A DNA stretch of 64,000 nt from positions 2,400,001 to 2,464,000 of the forward strand of contig OY729426.1 of NCBI GenBank assembly GCA_963422365.1. Direction: 5' to 3'. A program made the position numbers and the translations under genes. Positions 47,640 to 59,600 of the stretch are shown piece after piece (position 1 is the first letter of the stretch; each line of letters begins with the position of its first letter). The stretch comes from Nitrospirales bacterium. GTDB lineage: Bacteria > Nitrospirota > Nitrospiria > Nitrospirales > UBA8639. The notes under the pieces are model-generated. The model worked only from the letters and a program-made list of their open reading frames with translations, did not search any database and had not been told where the DNA came from.

Positions 47640-50600
47640 CTATCGCTTATAGTGGTCTTCATCATTCCCACCATGCGTATTCATCATGGCATCCGTTCCG
47701 AGGTGCCTCCACACGTCTCGCATGCCACCGGGCAACGTATCGTAGATCGACTCCATTCCGGTTTGCGGTTTCAACAACGCAAATGGCATCTCAAAGACAT
47801 TGACTGGATACGAACGATCCATTGCACCCATAACAGAAGCCCTCAATATCGGGGAGAACGGCAGAAAAACGACATCGCCTGGTGCCCCTCCCCAGCGCCA
47901 TGTTGTATTCGGAAGCGGCAAAGCAGCCAGTTCTGCATATTGTCGTATCTCTGGTCCGATGCCGAGACTGGTGAAGTCATTCAATTTGTACATGCCTGGG
48001 ACCTTGTTGCGGATTATAGTCTTACTGGCAGCACCCTGTCCGGCTTCACCGCCAACCGTACCCTTGATATCTACACTTTTTGCCTCAATCGTCAAAGAGT
48101 CAACTTCCACGGTCACGCCAATATGATTACTACTCTTTAACGTAACATCTTTCGCAATGATCCTTCCCTTGATATCTTTCGTGCTGACGTTGACAAAGGT
48201 ATCGGAATAAAGGGTGCTGAATCCGAAATCACTTGTTCCGGTCCCCGCAAGCTGTTGGAAAGAAGTCACTCTCATCGAAGTGCCTACTGTGACGTCATGG
48301 GCCTTGGTGATCGTCATCGCCCCCAGTTTGGCAGTGGAGCCGACATCTCCCTCGAAATGTATAGTCCCGGTATCCGCGTCCAGGCTCAGCGCATACCCGC
48401 CGTCGATCGTCGACGTGAACCGGATGTCGCCGTCCGTGCCGTCAGCGTTGGCGTCACTGTTGACCGTCACGGCCCCGGCTAACGTCACCGGGCCGGTGAA
48501 GGTCACGTGGCCGTCGTCACTGCGGTACGCCCCGGCCAGCGTGAGGCCCGTGGTGCCCGTCACATCCATGTCGCCCGTCGCCGTCACTGCAGCCAGCGCC
48601 ACCGCGCCACCCGTCACCGTGAGGCTCGTTACCGCGGTCGTGCCACCCACCGCCCCGACCAGCGTGATCGCGCCGGTATCCGCGTCCAGGCTCAACGCCT
48701 GCCCCCCGTCAATGGTCGACGTGAACCGGATGGCGCCAGCCGTGCTGTCAGCGTTGGCGTCACTGTTGACCGTCACGGCCCCGGCTAACGTCACCGGGCC
48801 GGTGAAGGTCACGTTACCATCGTCACTGCGGTACACCCCCGCCAGCGTGAGGCCCGTGGTGCCCGTCACATCCATGTCGCCCGTCGCCGTCACCGCAGCC
48901 AGCGCCACCGCGCCACCCGCCACCGTGAGGCTCGCCACCGCGGTGGTGCCACCCACCGCCCCGACCAGCGTGATCGCGCCGGTATCCGCATCCAGCACCA
49001 GCGCCTGCCCGCCGTCAATGGTCGACGTGAACCGGATGGCCCCGTCCGTGCCGTCGCCGTTGGCGTCACTGTTGACCGTCACGGCCCCGGCTAACGTCAC
49101 CGGGCCGGTGAAGGTCACGTCGCCGTCGTTACTGCGGTACGCCCCGGCCAGCGTGAGGCCCGTGCCCGTCACATCAATGTCGCCCGTCGCCGTCACCGCA
49201 GCCAGCGCCACCGCGCCACCCCTCACCGTGAGGCTCGTTACCTTTACCGCCCCGGCCAGCGTGAGGCCCGCGATCCCCCTCACATCAACAGCCCCCGTCG
49301 CCGTCACCGCAGCCAGCAACACCGCGCCACCCGCCACCGTGAGGCTCGCCACCGGGGTGGTGCCACCCACCGCCCCGGCCAGCGTGATCGCGCCGGTATC
49401 CGCATCCAGCACCAGCGCCTGCCCGCCGTCAATGGTCGACGTGAACTCAATGGCCCCGTCCGTGCCGTCGCCGTTGGCGTCACTGTTGACCGTCACGTCC
49501 CCGGCTAACGTCACCGGGCCGGTGAAGATCATGTTACCGTCGTCACTGCGGTACACCCCGGCCAGGGTGAGGCCCGTCCCCGTCACATCAATGTCGCCCG
49601 TCGCCGTCACCGCAGCCAACGCCACCGCGCCACCCGCCACCGTGAGGCTCGCCACCGCGGTGGTGCCACCCACCGCCCCGGCCAGCGTGATCGCGCCGGT
49701 ATCCGCGTCCAGCGTCAGCGCATACCCCCCGTCGATCGTCGACGTGAACTCAATGTCGCCGGCTGTGCCGTCGCCGTCGGCGTCACTGTTGACCGTCACG
49801 TCCCCGGCTAACGTCACCGGGCCGGTGAAGGTAATAGTGCCGTCGTCACTGCTGTACTCCCCAGCCAGCGTGATGCCCGTCGTAGCCGTCACCACCATGT
49901 TGCCCGTACCGGCTTCACCGCCAACCGTACCCTTGATATCTACACTTTTTGCCTCAATCGTCAAAGAGTCAACTTCCACGGTCACGCCAATATGATTACT
50001 ACTCTTTAACGTAACATCTTTCGCAATGATCCTTCCCTTGATATCTTTCGTGCTGACGTTGACAAAGGTATCGGAATAAAGGGTGCTGAATCCGAAATCA
50101 CTTGTTCCGGTCCCCGCAAGCTGTTGGAAAGAAGTCACTCTCATCGAAGTGCCTACTGTGACGTCATGGGCCTTGGTGATCGTCATCGCCCCCAGTTTGG
50201 CAGTGGAGCCGACATCTCCCTCGAAATGTATAGTCCCGGTATCCGCGTCCAGGCTCAGCGCATACCCCCCGTCGATCGTCGACGTGAACCGGATGTCGCC
50301 GTCCGTGCCGTCAGCGTTGGCGTCACTGTTGACCGTCACGGCCCCGGCTAACGTCACCGGGCCGGTGAAGGTCACGTTACCATCGTCACTGCGGTACGCC
50401 CCCGCCAGCGTGAGGCCCGTGCCCGTCACATCAATGTCGCCCGTCGCCGTCACTGCGGCCAGCGCCACCGCGCCACCCGTCACCGTGAGGCTCGTTACCG
50501 CGGTGGTGCCACCCACCGCCCCGGCCAATGTGATCGCGCCGGTATCCGCATCCAGGCTCAGCGCCTGCCCCCCGTCGATGGTCGACGTGAACTCAATGGC

Positions 50601-53600
50601 GCCAGCCGTGCCGTCGCCGTTGGCGTCACTATTGACCGTCACGGCCCCGGCTAACGTCACCGGGCCGGTGAAGGTCACGTCGCCATCGTCACTGCGGTAC
50701 GCCCCGGCCAGCGTGAGGCCCGTGCCCGTCACATCCATGTCGCCCGTCGCCGTCACCGCAGCCAGCGCCACCGCGCCACCCGTCACCGTGAGGCTCGCCA
50801 CCGCGGTGGTGCCACCCACCGCCCCGACCAGCTGGATCGCGCCGGTATCCGCGTCCAGGCTCAGCGCCTGCCCCCCGTCGATGGTCGACGTGAACCGGAT
50901 GGCGCCGGCCGTGCCGTCAGCGTTGGCGTCACTGTTGACCGTCACGGCCCCGGCTAACGTCACCGGGCCGGTGAAGGTCACGTTACCATCGTCACTGCGG
51001 TACACCCCCGCCAGCGTGAGGCCCGTGGTGCCCGTCACCGCCATGTCGCCCGTCGCCGTCACCGCAGCCAGCGCCACCGCGCCACCCCTCACCGTGAGGC
51101 TCGCCACCGGGGTCGTGCCACCCACCGCCCCGGCCAATGTGATCGCGCCGGTATCCGCATCCAGGCCAAGCGCATACCCCCCGTCGATCGTCGACGTGAA
51201 CTCAATGTCGCCGTCCGTGCCGTCAGTGTTGGCGTCACTGTTGACCCACACGAAGTCGGCTAACGTCACCGGGCCGGTGAAGGTCACGTGGCCGTCGTCA
51301 CTGCGGTACGCCCCCGCCAGCGTGAGGCCCGTGCCCGTCACATCAATGTCGCCCGTCGCCGTCACCGCGGGCAGCGCCACCACCGCACCCGAGGTCGTCA
51401 CCGTGAGGCTCGCCACCGCGGTGGTGCCACCCACCGCCCCGGCCAGCGTGATTGCACCGGTATCCGCGTCCAGCGTCAGCGCATACCCCCCGTCGATCGT
51501 CGACGTAAACTCAATGCCGCCGTCCGTGCCGTCAGCGTTGGCGTCACTGTCGACCGTCACAGCCCCGGCTAACGTCACCGGGCCGGTGAAGGTCACGTTA
51601 CCATCGTCACTGCGGTACACCCCCGCCAGCGTGAGGCCCGTGCCCGTCACCGCCACGGCCCCCGTCGCCGTCACCCCAACCAGCGCCACCGCGCCACCCG
51701 TCACCGTGAGGCTCGTTACCGCGGTCGTGCCACCCACCGCCCCGACCAGCGTGATCGCGCCGGTATCCGCGTCCAACTCCAGCACCTGCCCGCCGTCGAT
51801 GGTCGACGTGAACTCAATGTCGCCGCCCGTGCCGTCAGCGTCGGCGTCACTGTTGACCCACACGAAGTTGGCTAACGTCACCGGGCCGGTGAAGGTCACG
51901 TTACCGTCATTCGAGAGCACGTTTCCCGCCAGCGTGAGGCCCGTCGCCGTCACATCAATGTCGCCCGTCGCCGTCACCGCAGCCAGCGCCACCGCGCCAC
52001 CCCTCACCGTGAGGCTCGCCACCGGGGTCGTGCCACCCACCGCCCCAGCCAGCGTGATCGCGCCGGTATCCGCGTCCAGGCTCAACGCATACCCCCCGTC
52101 AATCGTCGACGTGAACTCAATGGCCCCAGCCGTGCCGTCGCCGTCGGCGTCACTGTTGACCGTCACGGCCCCGGCTAACGTCACCGGGCCGGTGAAGGTG
52201 ATGTGGCCGTCGCTCGAGAGCACGTTTCCCGCCAGCGTGAGGCCTGTGCCCCTCACCGCCACAGCCCCCGTCGCCGTCACCGCGGGCAGCGCCACCGCGC
52301 CCGAGGTCATCACCGTGAGGCTCGCCACCGCGGTGCTGCCACCCACCACCCCGGCCAGCCGGATCGCGCCGGTATCCGCGTCCAGGCTCAGCGCATACCC
52401 CCCGTCAATCGTCGACGTGAACTCAATGGCGCCGTCCGTGCCGTCGTAGTCGGCGTCACTGTTGACCGTCACGGCCCCGGCTAACGTCACCGGGCCGGTG
52501 AAGGTGATGTGGCCGTCGCTCGAGAGCACGTTTCCCGCCAGCGTGAGGCCCATGCCCGTCACCGCCACAGCCCCCGTCGCCGTCACCGCAGCCAGCGCCA
52601 CCGCGCCCGAGGTCGTCACCGTGAGGCTCGCCACCGCGGTGCTGCCACCCACCGCCCCGACCAGCCGGATCGCGCCGGTATCCGCGTCCAGGCTCAGCGC
52701 ATACCCCCCGTCAATCGTCGACGTGAACCGGATGACCCCGTCCGTGCCGTCGTCGTTGGCGTCACTGTTGACCGTCACGGCCCCGGCTAACGTCACCGGG
52801 CCGGTGAAGATCACGTTACCGTCATTCGAGAGCACGTTTCCCGCCAGCGTGAGGCCCGTCCCCGTCACCGCCACGGCCCCCGTCACCGTCACCGCAGCCA
52901 GCGACACCGCGCCACCCGTCACCGTGAGGCTCGTCACCGTGGTGGTGCCACCCACCGCCCCGGCCAGCGTGATCGTGCCGCTGCCAGCGGCCAGCGTCAG
53001 CGCATACCCCCCGTCGATGGTCGACGTGAACCGGATGTCGCCGTCCGTGCTGTCGTCGTTGGCGTCACTGTTGACCGTCACGGCCCCGGCTAACGTCACC
53101 GGGCCGGTGAAGATCACGTGGCCGTCGCTCGAGAGCACGTTTCCCGCCAGCGTGAGGCCTGTCGCCGTCACCGCTATGTTGCCCGTCGCCGTCACCGCAG
53201 CCAGCGACACCGCGCCACCCGTCACCGTGAGGCTCGTTACCGCGGTGGCGCCACCCACCGCCCCGACCAGCGTGATCGCGCCGGTATCCGCGTCCAGGCT
53301 CAGCGCCTGCCCCCCGTCAATCGTCGACGTGAACCGGATGACCCCGTCCGTGCCGTCGTCGTCGGCGTCACTGTTGACCGTCACAGCCCCGGCTAACGTC
53401 ACCGGGCCGGTGAAGGTCACGTTACCATCGTCACTGCGGTACGCCCCCGCCAGCGTGATCCTCGTGGTGCCCGTCACCGCTATGTTCCCCGTCGCCGTCA
53501 CCGCGGCCAGCGACACCGCGCCACCCGTCACCGTGAGGCTCGTTACCTCTACCACCCCGGCCAGCGTGAGGCCCGTGCCCGTCACCGCCACAGCCCCCGT

Positions 53601-56600
53601 CGCCCTCACCGCAGCCAGCGACACCGCGCCACCCGCCACCGTGAGGCTCGTTACCGCGGTGGTGCCACCCACCGCCCCGACCAGCGTGATCGCGCCGGTA
53701 TCCGCGTCCAGCGTCAGCGCATACCCCCCGTCAATCGTCGACGTGAACCGGATGACCCCGTCCGTGCCGTCGTCGTTGGCGTCACTGTCCACTCGCACGG
53801 CCCCGGCTAACGTCACCGGGCCGGTGAAGATCACGTTACCATCGTCACTGCGGTACACCCCGGCCAGCGTGAGGCTCGTGGTGCCCGTCACCGCTATGTT
53901 CCCCGTCGCCGTCACCGCGGCCAGCGACACCGCGCCACCCGTCACCGTGAGGCTCGTTACCTCTACCGCCCCGGCCAGCGTGAGGCCCGTGCCCGTCACC
54001 GCCACAGCCCCCGTCGCCGTCACCGCAGCCAGCGACACCGCGCCACCCGCCACCGTGAGGCTCGTTACCGCGGTGGTGCCACCCACCGCCCCGACCAGCG
54101 TGATCGCGCCGGTATCCGCGTCCAGCGTCAGCGCATACCCCCCGTCAATCGTCGACGTGAACCGGATGACCCCGGCCGTGCCGTCGTCGTTGGCGTCACT
54201 GTCCACTCGCACGGCCCCGGCTAACGTCACCGGGCCGGTGAAGATCATGTTACCATCGTCACTCCGGTACACCCCCGCCAGCGTGAGGCCCGTGCCCCTC
54301 ACATCAATGTCGCCCGTCGCCCTCACCCCGGCCAGCGCCACCGCGCCCGCGGTCACCACCGTGAGGCTCGTTACCGCGGTGGTGCCACCCACCGCCCCGA
54401 CCAGCGTGATCGTGCCGGTATCCGCATCCAGCACCAGCGCCTGCCCCCCGTCAATCGTCGACGTGAACCGGATGGCCCCGTCCGTGCTGTCGCCGTTGGC
54501 GTCACTGTCCACTCGCACGGCCCCGGCTAACGTCACCGGGCCGGTGAAGGTCATGTTACCATCGTCACTCCGGTACGCCCCCGCCAGCGTGAGGCCCGTC
54601 CCCGTCACCGCCACGGCCCCCGTCGCCCTCACCCCGGCCAGCGCCACCGCTCCCCTGGTCGCCACCGTGAGGCTCGCCACCGCGGTCCTGCCACCCACCG
54701 CCCCGACCAGCGTGATCGCGCCGGTATCTGCATCCAGGCTCAGCGCATACCCCCCGTCAATGGTCGACGTGAACCGGATGGCCCCGTCCGTGCCGTCGTC
54801 GTTGGCGTCACTGTTGACCGTCACAGCCCCGGCTAACGTCACCGGGCCGGTGAAGGTCACGTGGCCGTCATTCGAGAGCACGTTTCCCGCCAGCGTGATG
54901 CCCGTGCCCGTCACCGCCACGGCCCCCGTCGCCGTCACCGCGGCCAGCGACACCGCTCTCCTGGTCGCCACCGTCAGGCTCGTTACCTCTACCGCCCCGG
55001 CCAGCGTGATGCCCGCGATCCCCCTCACATCAACAGCCCCCGTCGCCGTCACCGCAGCCAGCGACACCGCGCCACCCGTCACCGTGAGGCTCGCTACCGG
55101 GGTCGTGCCACCCACCGCCCCGACCAGCGTGATCGCGTCGGTATCCGCGTCCAGGCTCAGCGCATACCCCCCGTCAATCGTCGACGTGAACCGGACCCCG
55201 TCCGTACTGTCGTCGTCGGCGTCACTGTTGACCGTCACGGCCCCGGCTAACGTCACCGGGCCGGTGAAGGTCACCTTGCCGTCGTCACTCCGGTACGCCC
55301 CCGCCAGCCTGAGGCCCGTGCCCGTCACCGCCACGTCGCCCGTCGCCGTCACCGCAGCCAGCGACACCGCGCCACTGGTCACCACCGTGAGGCTCGCCAC
55401 CGCGGTCCTGCCACCCACCGCCCCAACCAGCGTGATCGCGCCGGTATCTGCATCCAGGCTCAGCGCCTGCCCCCCGTCAATCGTCGACGTGAACCGGATG
55501 GCGCCGTCCGTGCCGTCGTCGTCGGCGTCACTGTTGACCGTCACGGCCCCGGCTAACGTCACCGGGCCGGTGAAGATCATGTTACCATCGTCACTGCGGT
55601 ACGCCCCCGCCAGCCTGAGGCCCGTGCCCGTCACCGCCACGGCCCCCGTCGCCGTCACCGCAGCCAGCGACACCGCGCCACCCGTCACCGTGAGGCTCGC
55701 CACCGCGGTGCTGCCACCCACCGCCCCGACCAGCCGGATCGCGCCGGTATCCGCGTCCAGCGTCAGCGCCTGCCCCCCGTTAATCGTCGACGTGAACCGG
55801 ATGACCCCGTCCGTGCCGTCGTCGTCGGCGTCGCTGTTGACCGTCACAGCCCCGGTTAACGTCACCGGGCCGGTGAAGGTGATGTTGCCGTCGCTCGAGA
55901 GTACGTTCCCCGCCAGCGTGATGCCCCTAGCCGTCACATCAATGTCGCCCGTCGCCGTCACCGCGAGCAGCGCCACCGCGCCCGAGGTCGTCACCGTGAG
56001 GCTCGCCACCGGGGTGCTGCCACCCACCCCGGCCAGCGTGATCGTGCCGGTATCCGCATCCAGCACCAGCGCCTGCCCCCCGTCGATGGTCGACGTGAAC
56101 CGGATGGCCCCGTCCGTACTGTCGTCGTCAGCGTCACTGTCCACCGTCACGGCCCCGGTTAACGTCACCGGGCCGGTGAAGGTCATGTTACCATCGTCAC
56201 TCCGGTACTCCCCCGCCAGCGTGAGGCCCGTCCCCGTCACCGCCACGGCCCCCGTCGCCGTCACCGCAGCCAGCGACACCGCGCCACCCGCCACCGTCAG
56301 GCTCGCTACCGCGGTGGTGCCACCCACCGCCCCGACCAGCGTGATCGCGCCGGTATCCGCGTCCAGGCTCAACGCCTGCCCGCCGTTGATGGTCGACGTG
56401 AACTCAATGGCCCCGTCCGTACTGTCGTCGTTGGCGTCACTGTCCACCGTCACGGCCCCGGTTAACGTCACCGGGCCGGTGAAGGTGACGTGGCCGTCAT
56501 CACTGCGGTACGCCCCTGCCAGCCTGATGCCCGTGCCCGTCACATCAATGTCGCCCGTCGCCGTCACCGCAGCCAGCGACACCGCGCCACCCGTCACCGT

Positions 56601-59600
56601 CAGGCTCGCCACCGCGGTCGTGCCACCCACCGCCCCGGCCAGGGTGATCGCGCCGGTATCCGCATCCAGGCTCAGCGCATACCCGCCGTCAATGGTCGAC
56701 GTGAACGCAATGGCCCCGTCCGTGCCGGCGCCGTCGGCGTCACTGTTGACCCGCACGCCCCTGGCTAACGTCACCGGGCCGGTGAAGGTGATGTTACCGT
56801 CGCTCGAGAACACGTTTCCTGCCAGCGTGAGGCCCGTGCCCGTCACCGCCATGTTGCCCGTCGCCAACACCGTGGCCAGCGACACCGCGCCACCCGTCAC
56901 CGTCAGGCTCGTTACCGCGGTGGCGCCACCTACCGTCCCGGCCAGCGTGATCGCGCCGGTATCCGCATCCAGGCTCAACGCATACCCGCCGTCAATGGTC
57001 GACGTGAACCGGATGGCGCCGTCCGTGCCGTCGTCGTCGGCGTCACTGTTGACCGTCACGGCCCCGGCTAACGTCACCGGGCCGGTGAAGGTGATGTGGC
57101 CGTCATTCGAGAGCACGTTTCCCGCCAGCGTGAGGCCCCTAGCCGTCACCTCAATGTCGCCCGTCGCCGTCACCGCAGCCAGCGACACCGCGCCACCCCT
57201 CACCTTCAGGCTCGTCACCCTGGTGGTACCACCCACCGTCCCGGCCAGCGTGATCGCGCCGGTCTCCGCGTCCAGGCCCAGCACCTGCCCGCCGTCAATG
57301 GTCGACGTGAACTCAATGGCGCCGGCCGTGTCGTCGTTGTCGGCGTTACTGTCCACCCACACGAAGTTGGCTAACGTCACCGGGCCGGTGAAGGTGATGT
57401 TACCGTCGCTCGTTGCAATGTCTGCGGCCAATGTGATCCTCGTGGTGCCCGTCACCGCCACGGCCCCCGTCGCCGTCACCGCAGCCAGCTCCACCGCGCC
57501 ACCCGTCACCGTCAGGCTCGCCACCGCGGTGGTGCCACCCACCGCCCCGACCAGCCGGATCGCGCCGGTATCCGCGTCCAGGCTCAACGCCTGCCCGCCG
57601 TTGATGGTCGACGTGAACCGGATGGCGCCGTCCGTGCCGCTGTTGTTTTGGTCACTGTTGACCGTCACGTCCCCGGCTAACGTCACCGGGCCGGTGAAGG
57701 TGATGTTGCCGTCGTTACTGCGGTACGCCCCCGCCAGCGTGATACCCCTAGCCGTCACCGCCACGGCCCCCGTCGCCGTCACCGCGGGCAGCACCACCAC
57801 CGCGCCACTCCTCACCTTCAGGCTCGCCACCGGGGTCCTGCCACCCACCGCCCCGGCCAGCCGGATCACGCCGGTATCCGCGTCCAGGCTCAGCGCATAC
57901 CCGCCGTCGATGGTCGACGTGAACGCAATGGCCCCGTCCGTGCTGTCATCGTCGGCGTCACTGTCCACCCGCACAGCCCCGGCTAACGTCACCGGGCCGG
58001 TGAAGGTGATGTTACCGTCGTTACTCTGGTACTGCCCGTCCAGCCGGATCGTGCCGCCCGTCACCGCCACGGCCCCCGTCGCCTTCACCGCAGCCAGCGA
58101 CACCGTGCCACTGGTCACCACCGTGAGGCTCTTCACCATGGTCCCGCCACCCACCGCCCTGACCAGCCGGATCGCGCCGGTATCCGCGTCCAGCGTCAGC
58201 GCATACCAGCCGTTGATGTTCAAACTAAACGCAATGTTGCCGTCCCTGCCGTCGTTGTCGGCGTCACTGTTGACCGTCACCGCCCCGGTTAACACCACCG
58301 AGCCGGTGAAGGTGATATTGCCGTCGTCACTCCGGTACGCCCCGGCCAGCCGGATCGTGCCGCCCGTCGTCACCGCCACGGCCCCCGTCGCCCTCACCGC
58401 GGCCAGCGACACCGAGCCAGCCGTCACCGTCAGGCTCGCCACCGGGGTCCTGCCACCCACCGCCGCAGCCAGCCGGATCACGCCGGTATCCGCGTCCAGC
58501 GTCAGCGCATACCCGCCGTTGATGGTCGACGCGAACCGGATGGCGCCGTCCGTGCCGTCGTTGTCGGCGTCACTGTCCACCGTCACGTCCCCGGTTAACG
58601 CCACCGTGCCGACGGCGAAGGTAATATTGCCGTCGTCACTCCGGTACGCCCCGGCCAGCCGGCCCGTGCCGCCCTTCACATCAATCTTGCCCGTCGCCCT
58701 CACCCCGGCCATCAACACCTCGACACCCGACACCGTGAGGCTCGCCACCGGGGTGGTGCCACCCACCGCCCCGCCCAGTGTGGTCGTGCCGCTGCCCGAG
58801 TCCACCTCCAGCGCCTGCCCGCCGTCGATGGTCGACGTGAACTGAATGTCGCCGTCCGTGCTGTCGTCGTCGGCGTCACTGTTGACCGTCACGGCCCAGC
58901 CTAACGTCACCGGGCCGGTGAAGGTCACGTGGCCGTCGTCACTGCGGTACGCCCCCGCCAGCCGGATCGTGCCGCCCGTCACATGAATGTTGCCCGTCGC
59001 CGTCACCGCAGCCAGCGACACCGCGCCCGAGGTCGTCACCGTGAAGCTCGTCACCGGGGTCCTGCCACCCACCGCCCCGCCCAGCGTGATCGCGCCGCTG
59101 CCCGCGTCCAGATCCAGATCCTGCCCGCTACTCGTCTTCTTGCTGTTGATGGTCAACGTGAACCGGATGGCGCCGGCCGTGCCGTCGGCGTTGGCGTCAC
59201 TGTCCACCCGCACGGCCCCGGCTAACGTCACCGGGCCGGTGAAGGTCACGTCGCCGTCGTTACTCTGGTATTCCCCCACCAGCCGGATGATCGTGCCGCC
59301 CGTCACATCAATGTTACCCGTCGCCGTCACCGCCCGCAGCGACACCGCGCCACCCGTCACCGTGAGGCTCGCCACCGCGGTGGTGCCACCCACCGCCCCG
59401 ACCAGCTGGATCGCGCCGGTATCCGCGTCCAGGCTCAGCGCCTGCCCCCCGTCGATGGTCGACGTGAACCGGATGGCGCCGGCCGTGCCGTCAGCGTTGG
59501 CGTCACTGTTGACCGTCACGTCCCCGGTTAACGTCACCGGGCCGGTGAAGGTGATGTTACCGTCGTTCGTTCGAATGTCTGCGGCCAGCGTGATTGTGCC

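Noticed and set aside
48370..59580. Regularly spaced conserved 20-30-mers resembling a CRISPR array
   Set aside because: Period is ~303 bp, the intervening sequence is also repeated and coding, and no cas genes are present
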